Source of the DNA: Lingula anatina
Lineage: Eukaryota > Animalia > Brachiopoda
NCBI GenBank assembly: GCA_051362555.1
Contig: CM120640.1
Location: 55,344,788 to 55,408,787 of the forward strand
DNA length: 64,000 nt
Direction of reading: 5' to 3'
Part shown: piece after piece, positions 13,846 to 27,300 of the stretch
Layout of the letters: each line of letters begins with the position of its first letter
Numbering within the stretch: the stretch's first letter is position 1
Made by a program: the position numbers and the translations under genes
Notes under the pieces: generated by a model
Seen by the model: only the letters and a program-made list of their open reading frames with translations
What the model was told of the DNA's origin: nothing
Database searches by the model: none

Positions 13846-14104
13846 TTAACCTAAAATATTATGGGCAGGTGCCACACTTAGCCTCATCTTTCATCTTCAT
13901 CAGTTTGGGGTCAATCTGTGCATTATCACAGGAGAAGCAGTCATTAGGTGCCGAAACTAAAAACTCTCTCTTATTCTGGAATCGTAAATGCTAGACCTCT
14001 TGTTTGTTGCACTGCTGGTGTCCCTTTTTTTTTCCATGCAGTTTATGAGTTTTGCCATATTATAAAGAACAGCGGTGCAATATTCAGTGGTGAAAATAAA
14101 ATGT

Positions 14105-14410
14105 GAAATAACTCCAAAACTGGCAGAGATACGCCCATGGTTACTATTGAACTTGAATAGGAAGTCATATACTGGCAGTCTAACTGTGACCGGGAAACTG
14201 GCCTTTGACCTACTTTTTACCATAAACTGAATTTTCTGTCCCTTATATCTCCAAAACTGGCAGAGACATGCCCATTGTTACTATTGGACTTGAATAGGAA
14301 GTTATATACTGGCAATCTATCTGTGACCTTGAAATAGACCTTTGAGATACTTTTCACCATGAACTGAACTTTGGAAAATTTCCATCCCTTGTATCTCCAA
14401 CACTGGCAGA
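14105..14410 (-). repeat. About two diverged, inverted units of the 146-bp satellite
   Basis: ctccaaaactggcagagat...gttactattgaacttgaataggaagtcatatactggca...tttgacctacttttt is the reverse complement of the 28.0-29.6 kb unit. Confidence 0.85.
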
Positions 14411-14566
14411 TATTTTTTTTAGCATATATGCAACATTGATAACACATTTCAAGGAAAACTCATATTGCTATATACAGTACAGTTGAACTCAGAAAGAATG
14501 CTCTAGATTGTTATCTTATTTGTTATCTCTTGTTACCACAAGTAACTATCTAGCTATAGGGTATTA

Positions 14567-14784
14567 GACCCCATTCCCAGAGATTAGATCGATCCAACTA
14601 GATCGACCTAACTCCCTAGGGGTTCACGCTAAAAAGCTGTCAGCCGAGCGGGCACGAAAGTTAATTATCCCCTTACAGCTTGTAGTAGGCGGGACGGACA
14701 TTTAAGCTGGATTATCTGACAGTAATCTAGTGAGACTCGATCCCCACAGGGATAGATTGATCTAAAATCTATGGGAATGCGCCC
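14567..14784. mobile_element. Diverged TIR element abutting the foldback MITE
   Basis: CCATTCCCAGAGATTAGATCGATC ... GATTGATCTAAAATCTATGGGAATG imperfect inverted repeats. Confidence 0.5.
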
Positions 14785-14787
14785 TTA

Positions 14788-15079
14788 GATCGCATTCACA
14801 AAGAGTTGAGCCAGGCTTTACAAATCCTGGGGACTAAATATGGCGGACGTACATGAAAGAAAAACTGCCTAATCTTTTAATAGTCTCTCCGCCTCTCACA
14901 CTCCTCCCCATGTGTCGTCCCAATGGAGCTGAGATTTAATGACTGTCCCCCCACAGGGACGACGTGTGGGGAGGCGTGTGAGAGGAGGAGAGACAAATAA
15001 AAGATTTCTTTCATGTACGTCCGCCATATTTAGTCCCCAGGATTTGTAAAGCCTGGCTCAACTCGTTGTGAATGCGATC
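14788..15079. mobile_element. Foldback MITE with TTA TSD (PIF/Harbinger-like)
   Basis: TTA|GATCGCATTCACAA...TTGTGAATGCGATC|TTA; ~75-bp near-perfect TIRs, with inner arms (tctccgcctctcacac / gtgtgagaggaggaga) also inverted. Confidence 0.85.
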
Positions 15080-16535
15080 TTAGAGCTGACACCTGTGAAG
15101 TCACAGTCTGCTCAGACAGGGGAATACACCCTATGCTGCAATGAATCACCAAACTATTATCTGTTGATAACCAGTGCATGTACATGTATCTGTTGATAAC
15201 CAGTACCAGTGCATGTACATGTAAGTAGTTTTTCTACCTATTCTGCAGCAGGGTATAATAACATGTAGGTCAGGTTTTTCTTTCCTTAGTTTATCCTCAT
15301 ACATGTTAAACTGTGGCTGTGGATAGTTATAATATTAAATATTATAAATTATAAGGTTTTGAAGGGGAGAGTTTTTAACCATTCAGTTCAGTTTATTTCT
15401 GTACTACTACAAAAATTATCATGACCTTATATAATATAAAATAATAACTATTGGTGCATTATCATTTTGTAATTGGTATTTGCATTGCCAGTTTGTGACT
15501 TAACAAATATATCCTTACATAATGAACACACGTACTAGTTAAAAGAATTAATGAAATGTTCAAGCTAAGCAGTGAGATATAACTTCTTGGTGTATGTTTA
15601 TAAATTTATCATAAGCACAAATCATGGCGCATACGGTTACAATTACAGCAATAACTAGAAAAATGAATAAATAAATAACACAGCTTAGTTATACAGATAT
15701 AAATATTGTGTCACTTTTTTATTCCCGTGGACTGCAGAGTCACTGTTCACTACAGTGGGACCACACACTAATATCTTTAAACAAGGAATATAATAGTAAT
15801 TACCAAGTAGAGCACTTACCTCATTTTTTAAAAATAATTTTATAATAAAACTGGAAAGGGAGGCCAAATTATCCTTGTTGGCTATGTAAAACACTTTGCA
15901 AAATTTACTTTCTGGTGACCTTGCATCAGCCTTTAGGATTGGCATTTTACCTAGGAAGATCTCTTGGTCTGTTCTATATATTGGGCATAATAGCCCCATT
16001 AGCAATTACATGTACAATTGCCCTTTGGGTACATGTGACAGATTCTGTCAAACCTCAATCAATTTCCTTATGAGACATTGCTTATTTTTACTTTTAATTA
16101 AAATTATATGACTAGTAATTATTTGTCAGAAGAAAATTTTATATTAATTATTTTAAGTGAGAAAAGGGGAAATGCGTAATGGACCATAGAATTGGAAAAT
16201 GATTTGTTAATAATAATTTTAAATCTTCATATTATTAATTCTATCAGTGGATCTTATGGTCTTTCTCTTGAGGCATTCATGGTAAAATTCACACATTTGG
16301 AATTTAGAATGTGTACGCTAATATTTCATACCTTATAAGTACAAATTTTACTGTTTTGCCTCAAGCCTGGTAATCTTTTAGAGATATATGTGTGAATTTT
16401 TCATTTTTCACATGTTGGAATTTTCAGTTTGTCACTTGGGACTCCCATGGAACTGAAGCCCTTTGCCAGTTGAATGTCCACATTAATTATATTTTATAAA
16501 TAAAAATTGTTGAAGATTATGCTGTTGAGCAGAAT

Positions 16536-17087
16536 CAGGCCTTCCCAACTACCAGACTCGGCACCTAAGGATCCTGAATTAACCGGTATATAGGACCACG
16601 CTACCCATTTTCAAGGTGTGTGTCAGATCGCATTTCGGAGTATCATACCCCAGAACAAAATTTGTAGCACGACTGCGGGCTCATCCACGCTTTGCTGAAC
16701 AACCTTAAACTGTACTCTTACTTTAGAGTACTCTATTTTATTGTCTCTATGGGGATATATGGGGACTTTATGACATTCGGTTTGAATGTTTTAACCACTT
16801 TTGATAGGGCTTTTTTTGCATTGTATTAGATTAATGTGGCAGTCTAAGGTTCATCTAAGTGGCTTTCAAATTTATGCACCCGGTTTTAAAATCATATAGC
16901 GATTTTACGACAATCGTTTACTATCCAATCAAGGTGACAGCCGAGCATGCCAGGGCTCATCCTGTCGGTGTTCTGGCTGATACTCCGAAATGCGATCTGA
17001 CACACACCTTGAAAACGGGTAGTGTGGTCCGATATACCGGTTAATTCAGGATCCTTAGGTGCCGAGTCTGGTAGTTGGGTAGGCCTG
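16536..17087. mobile_element. Non-autonomous TIR element (~110-bp TIRs, 5-bp TSD) containing the right half of the 9383-9941 element family
   Basis: AGAAT|CAGGCCTTCCCAACTACCAGACTCGG...CCGAGTCTGGTAGTTGGGTAGGCCTG|AGAAT; 16730-16949 matches 9723-9941 including that element's right TIR. Confidence 0.85.
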
Positions 17088-18435
17088 AGAATGTTACACT
17101 GCATCAAAATGAACAAAAGCCATATTTTGTGCACTAGCCATTATTATTTTGTGCTTCATGTGTATACATTTACACAGCTTTGTTGCCTTGTTCTATTATT
17201 TTTGTGAGGTAAGGGAACTTAAAAGATTTTATTCACTTTCAACTTCGGCCACATAAGCTAGCTGCATGGCACTCAGGATAACTTTAAATCAAACTTCAGT
17301 GCAAAATACTACCTGTACCTTCACCTCAAATTGAAAACAGGCAATATGTTTTTCAGATTGTATTTACCAAGTAGTCATTCAAATAAAAATGCTTTTCCTT
17401 GTGTGTTTACATATTTGAATTACTGGTACACATGTCTAACAAAACGGCTGACAAAAGGCTGGGATTGGGTCGGATTCCACTTGATTACAGCTGCATAGAT
17501 TATAATACTCTGCTAAAGAAATCAACTTGAAAGCAAAGGCCATAACATACAAAAAAATATTGGTCGACTATTCCCCTTGCCAGACAAAGGATGAATTGTT
17601 ATGTACTGTTGTTTATGAAGTTACCTTGTGTGCTTCTCTCACACAAAGATGCCATCTTGTGAGTATCAGTGTTAACAGACTACCCCGGTAGATATCAAAA
17701 TGCGGGTTTTAGCAGCAATATTGTGGAATCCTTACCAAAACATTTATATGTACATGTATTATGTCTTTCAACCCGATAGATATCTCAGGGCAATTTAAGG
17801 CCCCAGCAAAACTATGGGGTCCAAGGGTATGCTCCCCTGGAAATTTTTTAAATCAAGGTGCAATTTGGTGCATATTAGGCTATTTGGAACATATTTTTCT
17901 CCATTTTACGTAGCACATAATTGTTTTGTTTCAGATGTCTTGAGGAGTAAATTAAGTAATAGCATGATAAAAATCCATTTGTTAAGAATATGGCATACTA
18001 AGCACCTAGAAACATGCTAGGAAGAAGATTCAACTCCCCCCCCCCCTCCTCCTCCTCAATTGCAAATGAGAGGGGAAAATTTTGAAGCCAAGCAGTGAAT
18101 TTTGGTGGCATTTAAACCAAAACAACTGTGATATCATCATAGATCAGACAACCTTTTTTGAGTGAATAAATAGAAAAGCAAATAATTTACATTGTATGCT
18201 TGACTTACTAAAGAGGAGATCAAAATGTACTCCCAGGCAGACTACCACATTCATTGAAGTGTTAAAAAACTAGGTCTACTAAGCACTCTAACATGCTTGT
18301 GAAAGATTGCTGTCCACACTGTCTGGACACTGACAAGTGCTTACAGGAACTCTGCCCCTCAAACAAGTATTTGTATAGTACTTTTAGAAGTTTGAAAAAG
18401 TAAACATATTTTATGGAAGCGTGTAAGGGTCACAG

Positions 18436-18572
18436 CACCAACACCAAAACTCACAACACCAACACCAAAAACAAACTTCACAACACCAACACCAAAAACA
18501 AAACTCACAACACCAACACCAAAAACAAACTTCACAACACCAACACCACAAACAAAACTCACAACACCAAAC
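18436..18572. repeat. CA-rich minisatellite, ~27-bp unit
   Basis: Repeats of cacaacaccaacaccaaaaacaaa(a/c)(c/t)t, about 5 copies. Confidence 0.85.
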
Positions 18573-18910
18573 AAAGAGCGCTTTAAACAAACCTGAGTAT
18601 CATGTATACCGTATCATGTCTGCATTAGATAACCACTCTACTTGACCCACTTCAGTGGCCATATGGCAATAAAAAAAAGTACCAGTAAAGGCAACAGAGA
18701 GAGAGTGAGAGTGAGTCCACAGTTCTGGTGGTCAAAATAGGATTTATTACATTTCTATGAGTTGTTTGAAATGTATTTATTGTGAAATATCTCTTATTTA
18801 TCTCCCTTTAATCTGCATCCTTGATGTTAAGGTATGAAATTTGTTCATGATTTTGATTCTTGATCATATATTCTTTTTTTCTTTCAGTTCATGTGAAATA
18901 AGCAATCATT

Positions 18911-21900
18911 ATGGATGGTGATGAAAGTAGAAAAAATTCGAATCAACGAGGAAGGGCCAGAGGAAGAGGCAGGGCTGGCAGACAGCATTGGAGAGGAAGA
19001 GGGAGAGGGGGTAGAGGAAGAGGAGGGAAAAGTAAGATTGGGGAAAAGGATTGTGTAGAAGATTGTGGATCTGAATTAATGATATCATCAGACGATGAAG
19101 AACCAAGTACTGAGCAACCAGTCTCTCCATGCTCTTGCAATAAAGAAATCAGTGGAGGTCCTGAATGGCAGAACAAGGGACCACCACAACACCAGAGAAG
19201 ATACACAGACCAAGGGCAGGATGTAAATGAAAAGTATTTGAGACACTGGCCAGACTGGCATGGTGTCCAAGACCAGTTTCAGCATACAGATTTTCCTTTC
19301 TATGACCAAGCTTCTGATGATTTTCATTTCCATCATGGCAGAGGAAGACCACCAAGAAGAATGAATGCACCCAGAAGGGGTTTACTAGGGATGTATCACT
19401 CGCAAGTTGACATTTCTAATAATTTGGCAGATTTAAGTCTTTTGAATGCAGATGCTTTTCTTGCACGCACAGGTAGAGGAAGAGGTCAGATACCACAAAG
19501 AGGACGTCCACCATATAGAGGAGGCTTACCAAGAAATGAAGCTAGGATGTATGGAAAGGGACAGTTCTTTTCAGAGGAACAGCTATGTAGTGCTGCGGCT
19601 GCCCCTAACCAACACAGAGGAAGAGGACAAGGAAGAGGAGAGTCTAGAAAAAGGAGGGGCACACCAAGAAATAAGAATGATAGTGAAATGTTTGAAAAAG
19701 AGGGATTTTGTGGTCAAGATCAGCTCTATGGTTTGGTTCACTCTGCTTCTCGTGAAGAGATGGAACATATTGAGGACCACCCTAACACTTTGGAAAATGA
19801 AACATCTTCCAAAGCCAGATCACAGCAATCATTGCAAAAGGGTGAGAAAATGGATATACAGCCAAAAGAACCAGCATCAGCAGACAGCAGAGCACAACCA
19901 ATCCTACCACAGCATGGGTCAAAAGCTGGTAAGAAAGCCCAAAAAAGCAAGCCAAACAAGAATGCTGATCAGCAGGACATATTGGAAGAAGAACAACCTC
20001 CTAAAGCCAAACCCCAGAAGCAAGGAAAGAAAGCTGGAAAAGATAAATGCACAGAGAAGCAGCAAGAACAGCAGGATATATTGGAAGAAGAACACCCTCC
20101 TGAAGCCAAACCCCAGAAGCAAGGAAAGAAAGGCAGAAAAGATAAAAAGCCGAAAGTATCAACATCATCTTCCAATGAAACATTCACAACTTTTGCAAAC
20201 TTTCAAAAACTTGACTCTGGAAATGATGAATGCACGGGGAAGCAGCAAGACACAGTTAGTGTAAATGAGGTGAAAGAAGAAGAGAGTCGTGGAAAATTGA
20301 AGAAGAAGCAAAGGGAAGTAGAGCAAGGCAGAAAGACCAATAATGTGGCTCAAAAGGACAACATCACCAAAAACGCAGGTGGCACAGTGGTTACAAAACA
20401 ACCAGATGAAGTAGAGGTATTCAATACCCTTCTTAAGCATTTTGATGGTGTGACAAGTGTCTTCAGTATATATGAAACAGGCTTATTTTCTGAAGAATGG
20501 ACCCCAAGTGGAATACTGTTTTGGTTCAAGAGTCGCCCCAAGAAGTTCATTACTTTTACTGATCTTGATGAAGCAGCCAGTACAGTATCTGTATATTATC
20601 CAGGGCCAAAGTTGTGTATTGGCTATCTGATCCCTAAAGGAAAATGTACTGAAAACCCATGCAAATATTTTCATCTGTGCAGAAACTTTTCTATGGGTTG
20701 CTGCCATTTTGGAGAAAACTGTAGATACTCTCATGATGTAAAATCTCCACACAACCAAAGAATTGTCTTGCAAAATGGCCTTGATGATTTCAGTGATCAT
20801 GAGATCCTAAGATTAATAGAGCTGTCAACTCCAAGAGTGTGCCGTGATTACAATCAAGGTGGTTGTAAGTATGGAGATGCATGTCGCAGACTTCATATTT
20901 GTTCTAGATTAGTTAGAAACAGCTGCTTGAAGTCTCCTGAGGCTTGCTTCAATCATGACAAGAATTCCCCACAGTGCAAGAACATTCTTGGGGCTTATCA
21001 TCTACAGAAAAATCCGAATGTCTTTAAGTTCCTTTACACAGAGCCAGAAGAAGGAAAGACAAAAGTTCAGAAGCAACCAGAACACAAACGCTCCTACAGC
21101 GGTGACATTGAACCTGTGATGGAAGAAGTTGCTCCAGGTAGCGTTGAGGAACTTCGCAGTTCACATCATGTTGTTGAAAACCCTCCAGCAAAAGAAGAGG
21201 TCAAACAGCCATTAATGGAAGATGATAGTAGTTGCTACAGTGACCCAGATATTACAGAAATCTGTGAGGCCTATTTGAGGGGTGAGTGTTACAGCACTGA
21301 AAGTTGTAAGCGCCACCACTATCAACTGCCCTATCTATGGCAGGTTTTACTGGATGGGAATTGGATTTCTTTGGACAAAGATGGCACCAACCAGATGATA
21401 GAACAGGCTTTCAGCAGACCAGAGTGCAAAGACATACAGGTAAATTAGTTGTCTATGGTGGCCTATAATTTGTTGTAAAAAATTATATTTTTTATGATAT
21501 CATTTATATTTGAAATGTATTTTTCAGAGTTTCTATCATTACTGTAGTTAAGTTATTTTTGTCTTCATTTTACTTGTGATGCATTATAAGTGACTAAATT
21601 TAAAGCATATGTAGTAAACCTGCCACAGTAGTGATTGTCAATAATATTTTTTTCAATATTTGCCCGCAGATTACTTCAGGGTGTAAAGTTCACTCTGGTG
21701 GAAACACTGTTGTTATTCGCATCATTGACTTCAATACCATGAAAGCAACTCTGGGTCTGACAGTACGGCGCCTTTCAACCCCCTCCTATGTTCAAGTCAA
21801 AGAAGCTGAAAAAGAAGAGGCTACTGTCGGTAATATGACAACTCAGTGGAGGTGGTATTGGCAAGATAATGGTTACAAAACAGACAGAAGAGGAAATCTT

Positions 21901-23604
21901 GTGGAAAATTGGATGATGTATGAACAAGTGGTATGTACTGAGTAATAAGTGTTTAATTAAGTTCAATAAATGATACTTTTCACTTCTACAATAATAAATG
22001 ACATTACAACCACAAAAGATAATTGTCATTATAAACCATCAAGATGATTTTACTTCTTTTTTAGGATGGAGGTGCACCATATCAGTCAGTCATTGAATTG
22101 AAATTCCTTCATGGTCAGAAAAAGTATATATTCCAACATGGACAGTTTATATACTCTCTGAACATGTCCAAAATGTACCAAAAAAACTGGGAAACTGGAA
22201 AGATGAGGGCTGTTGTTCGCAGACCTTTGTTTTTTGGCAGCAAATGGTTGGTTAACTCCAGATGGATTAAGAATACAACTGTTTAACTGGCATATTGAAA
22301 AGACGACTACTAATTTTAAGCTATTTTTTGTGATGACAAAAATCCTAGATTACCACATTTTGTCTTGATTGCATACTTAACTTAGGGGCTTTTATTGACA
22401 CCTAATCAATTTTTGAGAATCTTCATTTTAACAGTATTAAAGGATATTGCTGTTTTACATGATTTTTCGTTTATGTTTTGGCAGTTTGGCCAGTCCATCT
22501 CGACATCTTCCAACCATCCTGGATGAAGCCCCTTCACACTGGTTCCCCATTGATACAGCCTCAGATTATGAAATGATTCCACTTGAAGAATCATCAGTCA
22601 AATATAAAGAAACTGAGAAAATGTTTATGGGCAGCATTGGCAATCAACATTATGAAGTCAAAAAGGTGTACCAAGTTCAGAATCCTTATCAGTGGCACAA
22701 ATACTGCAGGTACAGTAAAGAATTAAAAAGTGACTTTTCACCTGACATACCTTACCGTATTTTAGAATTTACAGTACAAGTAAAACAGTGCATTGTAAAA
22801 CTTAGCTGCATTCACAGGATTATAATTTTTTTTTAAATTTTGATACCCAAACTGTTTGATTTTTTTATTATACTAATATATATATATCCTTTTATAACAC
22901 ATTACAGCAAAAAGAAGTTTCTGTTGAGCAAACTGGGAGACAACTTGAATGAAAAGCAGCTTTTCCATGGATCGGATTCCTTTGAAGTTATCAAAGCCAT
23001 CTGCAAGCAGAACTTTGATGCACGCGTCAGTGGAAAAAATGCAGTGATGTATGGAGAGGGGTGCTACTTTGCAAAAACAGCCAAGTATAGTAACAACTAT
23101 ACCGATAGAAATTCACACAGGCAGTACATGTTTTTGGCCAGAGTATTGGTGGGCATGTACGTACAGGGACAGAAAGGATGGAAAAGACCTCCAAGTGTAA
23201 ACCCTGCCAAACTTGAAAGCGATTTGTACAACTCCTGTGTGGATAATACCATGTCTCCTTCCATCTTTGTTATCTTTGACCACGACCAGAGCTACCCAGA
23301 GTATCTCATAGAGTATACATGCACACAGCCTGACAGTGAATTTTCCCCTCTCCAGTTGTCAAATCCCTACAGTTCAGCCAACTTCTCTTCAACCAGCCCA
23401 GTACATGTACCACCACCTGCACCAGCCAGACCCAATTTGCCCAGTGATGTTTATGCTACACACTCCAGCAATGTTTATGCTGCAGGTTCAAGCACACCAT
23501 GGCAAACTACACAGTCCTCACAGGAACGTTTTGGCCAAAGCCCCAGGCAAAACAGACCCAATTTGCATAAAACCAATACGGATAAAAACTGCTGCATCCA
23601 GTGA
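18911..23604 (+). CDS. PARP12: PARP12/ZAP(ZC3HAV1)-like CCCH-zinc finger, WWE, mono-ADP-ribosyltransferase (~1297 aa) with C-terminal CaaX
   Basis: Exons 18911-21439, 21670-21930, 22065-22246, 22485-22709, 22908-23604 (3894 nt, in frame; the exon 3 donor is inferred from phase). Four clustered CCCH fingers plus a fifth (CEAYLRGECYSTESCKRHH) before WWE1 (LPYLWQ..VRRLSTPS) and WWE2 (TTQWRWYWQD..VVRRP); ART motifs LFHGS, YGEGCYFA, SIFVIFDHDQSYPEYLIEY. An acceptor at 18887 implies an upstream non-coding exon. Confidence 0.88.
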
Positions 23605-24254
23605 TTGTTGCTTCAGTGATCACTATTTTCTGTACGTGATGGCTGACTGTGAAAGTTTACTGATATAGAAATGTTTTGTCTTAAATAATCAGTGAATCTA
23701 AGGTAAAAGATTATTTAGAAAAAAAGGGAGTTTTTTTTCCAACTTTGTAACATTGTTTTAAGCTTCATCACAAGAAATTGTCAAGAAAATCAAGGAAATT
23801 GTCAGACCTTCATCAAGGAAATTGTTAGACCTCGTGCCAGTGCAGAAATTTAATCTATTGCAAGTCTTGAAAAATGATTTGTAACAACTCTAATGAGCGA
23901 CAATGTCGCTTGCTGTTAGCTGGCATCTCGTATACAATTTACTACAAATGGACTGAGATGGTGGTCAGTGGATGAGCCAGTCACTTTGCACATTCCATCT
24001 GATACTTGGGGTGGATAAATACAGTATCAGCAGTGGTATGTAGGGAATTGATTGGTTATATTATATATAAAAACTTAGCCACATACAACTTAAGTATCAA
24101 ACTTAATTGGCTACTCAATATGCTATTGAACTTAGTTCACAGACTGACAAGTTATGAGGGAACATCTGAGTTGGCCAATGTCTTGCCAATTAGCCTAAAG
24201 TCAAGAGACTTGGGATCAAGACAATCTAGTTCTTTATCAATAAGTGATTAAGGT

Positions 24255-24391
24255 CTACCCTCTACCAGGGCCACAGATTGATTTTTCACTACATATTCAT
24301 AGATAATGTCTCTAGATAATTATAGTACTTCTCTGTACTATGAAAGAAGTGAAAAATTCCACATAATAACTGCAGCCCTGGTAGAGGGTAG
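24255..24391. mobile_element. Small MITE (17-bp TIR) downstream of the PARP stop codon
   Basis: CTACCCTCTACCAGGGC ... GCCCTGGTAGAGGGTAG; imperfect flanking direct repeat ttaaggt/ttgaggt. Confidence 0.6.
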
Positions 24392-27300
24392 TTGAGGTCC
24401 ATTTTGATAAGTTTCTAAAATGAAGAATTGCTGTTGAGTATTGGTAATGAATTTAAGTATTAAGGCCTTTTCTCAAAAATTCAGAACTACCTTTGCAAAA
24501 AAGTTGTACCAATGTTTTGAGAGACTGACAACTTCTGAACTTTTCAAAACATACAGGTACAGTTTTTTTTCTCTTGAGGGAATTAGGGCCTGATTTAAAG
24601 TTGTATCCTTGTTAGGAACCCAGTTTACTGTTGTTTTCATTTTAAGGGTTTCATTTTGGTTTGGTCCATCTGGGAACTTTGGTGCTTCTACCTGGCTAAT
24701 AACACTGAGCTAATGTAGAACCTACAATGTTCTGGCTTGGCTGCAATAAAACTATTTGAACTCCCAGAATGGACATGCAGAATTAATTGTTAATTGTGTA
24801 TAAACTAAAAAAAAATTAATGTGTTATTGCTTTATTGTATGTTCCATTAATTAATAAATTGTTAATTTGTTAATGGTATGTCTCTCTGTTACCAGCATTA
24901 TGCAAAAGGTTGTGAACAGAATTTGATGAATTTTACAGGAACTATTGGGAGGAAATCAAGCAACAAACGGCTACATATTCTGTGATTTATTAATATATAA
25001 ATTTATTAATTAATGATTAATAGTAATGAGCTTCCTTGGAGGCCTAAGTGCATTTCTATTTCTTTAATAAAAGGCAAATCATCTGCTCACATCTTTTTGC
25101 AGTCATGGTCAAACTAATCTTTCTTATTTTTTGGTTCATTTTTTGGTCTGCATTTTGATTTCCTAGTGTTTAGAGCATTGTGCTTCAGTTAAATATTTAA
25201 AAATTCATGCACTGCATTATTTTAGAATCATCATACAGATTTGGATTTGGAGCAGGTTATTTTTTGCTGTACTTCTGTTTTTGGATTTGGTAAGCTACTG
25301 GGGTAATTTAAGTCTCTAAAATTTGTATTTACATGACTTTTTTTAGTTTAGAACTGACATGTTGTTGGTTAGTGCTAGAAAATTGTTGGGGATCCCAGGA
25401 AAAAACTGGTTGTATTTTTCTGTTAAAATCATATATACAGTCCCTTTGGAATTAATGTTACAGACTGTTGCCTCTGTAGTCATAGTGTAATAACAGAGAC
25501 CACCTTTCGGTTGCCCTTCTTCATTCTGTTTTTTTTTTTTTTTTTCTCTCTGCGTGTACAATATTGGTATCAACAACTACATTGTCTTAAGTGTGAGACA
25601 CAAACACAGGAATTTTGTAGTTGGGATTTTGTATTGATGTAAGGGATTTTCTCTATTTTATGATAGTATAATTTGACATATTCTGATTTCCTTACTACTC
25701 TAATTAACATAAAAGGAGGAGAGGGTTACTTTAAGTCAGAATTTTTGGGTGGCATTATCCTAAAATTTTTGCAATTAGAAATTTGGATGAAAGTAGTTTT
25801 GGTCATGATTCGTGTTCTTATCATCATTTGAATTGTACTTGTATATTAATAAATGGGTGTGGTATAGTATGTATATGTGTAGTATGTAAAGTAGCCTCAT
25901 AATGAGCATGTGGGTTGACCTACTCGATGTCACAGAACTCATAACAACTGGCCATTTGATTATGATCAACACACCATAGGCAAAAAATATGATTCATGTT
26001 GTCTGACACATGAGCATTATAATTATCATATTCAAGACAACAGATGGCACGACTTAGGTAACTTGTCACCAACACTTTGCTTACATTAAATCAAATGGGT
26101 GAATATACATTACTTTCGTCAAAAAAGGTACATTTATTTTGCTGTGACCCTTTGTGGTCATTAATATAAATAAATATTCATGGTGTCTTATCAATTTTAT
26201 TTTTCTCTGCTGGGTGTGCTGTTGCAAATTTGTATATTTTCTTGAAATTGTTTTTTCATCACTTGGAAAGACAAAGGAAAAGTAGACTTTTGCAATTCCT
26301 TGCTGTAACATATTCATAGCAACAACAGGATTTTTTTTCTCAAATAATCTCTTTACACTGGGCTTAATGGATAATAACTCTTCAAATGAGATTTAAAATT
26401 CCACAGTTAATACATAGTAAACAACACAGATATAAATTCCATTTTACCATCAAAATGTCACAATCTGTCCTTTCCTGCAGACTTTGTGGACCTTCATTGA
26501 TGGCTATCCTCCATAATAACCTCTTAAAAGATTATTAGAAAAACCTCACTTAAAAATAAATTTTACTTTGAATGATGGAACAGATTCATTAACTTTTGAA
26601 AAGTAAAATTTGTTTTATTGCACTTTTCCCTCAAAAATGAAGAGTTGTTTTTTTATTGAATGTGGACCTTGCAAAGCCATGCACTGTGAAACTTCTAACC
26701 AAAACAGATACGCTTCTCTAAATAGTATTTAGCATGCACATTTTTTATATAGAATGTCTGTTAATTTTCCTTATCACATGAAACCACTTTTGACTGGCAC
26801 CTTCATGGATTGATGAAATGAAATAGCAGAGAAAACAAGCTATATTCTGTCACATGCATTATACAGTCAAATTGACAGTGATGCTTATGTTGTAGGGCTG
26901 GTTTCATGAGACGAGGCAATTTTGAAAATCTTTCAGCATCTCACACTATGTTTAGCTGGTCTAGCATCAAATGGCAAATTAAAATCTCTGTGCCACCTGT
27001 GACCTAATAAGACTCTATAAGGGAAATCATAGGAAGTTAGATTAGCCTTTAATGTTGAGGTGATTATAATCACGTGACTAAGAAAGGCCGTTTTGAGTTT
27101 GGTCAACCCATTTTGCCTAGAAGCATGAATTGACTACATTGTGATCAGTTTTAAGTGATTAACAGGTCAAAGGGGCATTTGATTTTTTCAATAAATTTTA
27201 GTAAGACAAAAAGTTAATGTTGAAGTCAAATAGGTAAATCCATTTAGATAGGTTGTATTTGTAGAAAAATTGACAATTTTTTCTTTTTTTAATGATTAAA

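Noticed and set aside
18359-18574. Val/Gly/Phe repeat ORF
   Set aside because: Translation of the CA-rich minisatellite.
19446-20264. 272-aa alternative-frame ORF inside the PARP exon
   Set aside because: Explained by T-poor, purine-rich low-complexity coding sequence that lacks stops; no recognisable motifs.
18909-20800. Numerous antisense ORFs over the PARP exon
   Set aside because: Shadow ORFs of a low-complexity sense exon.
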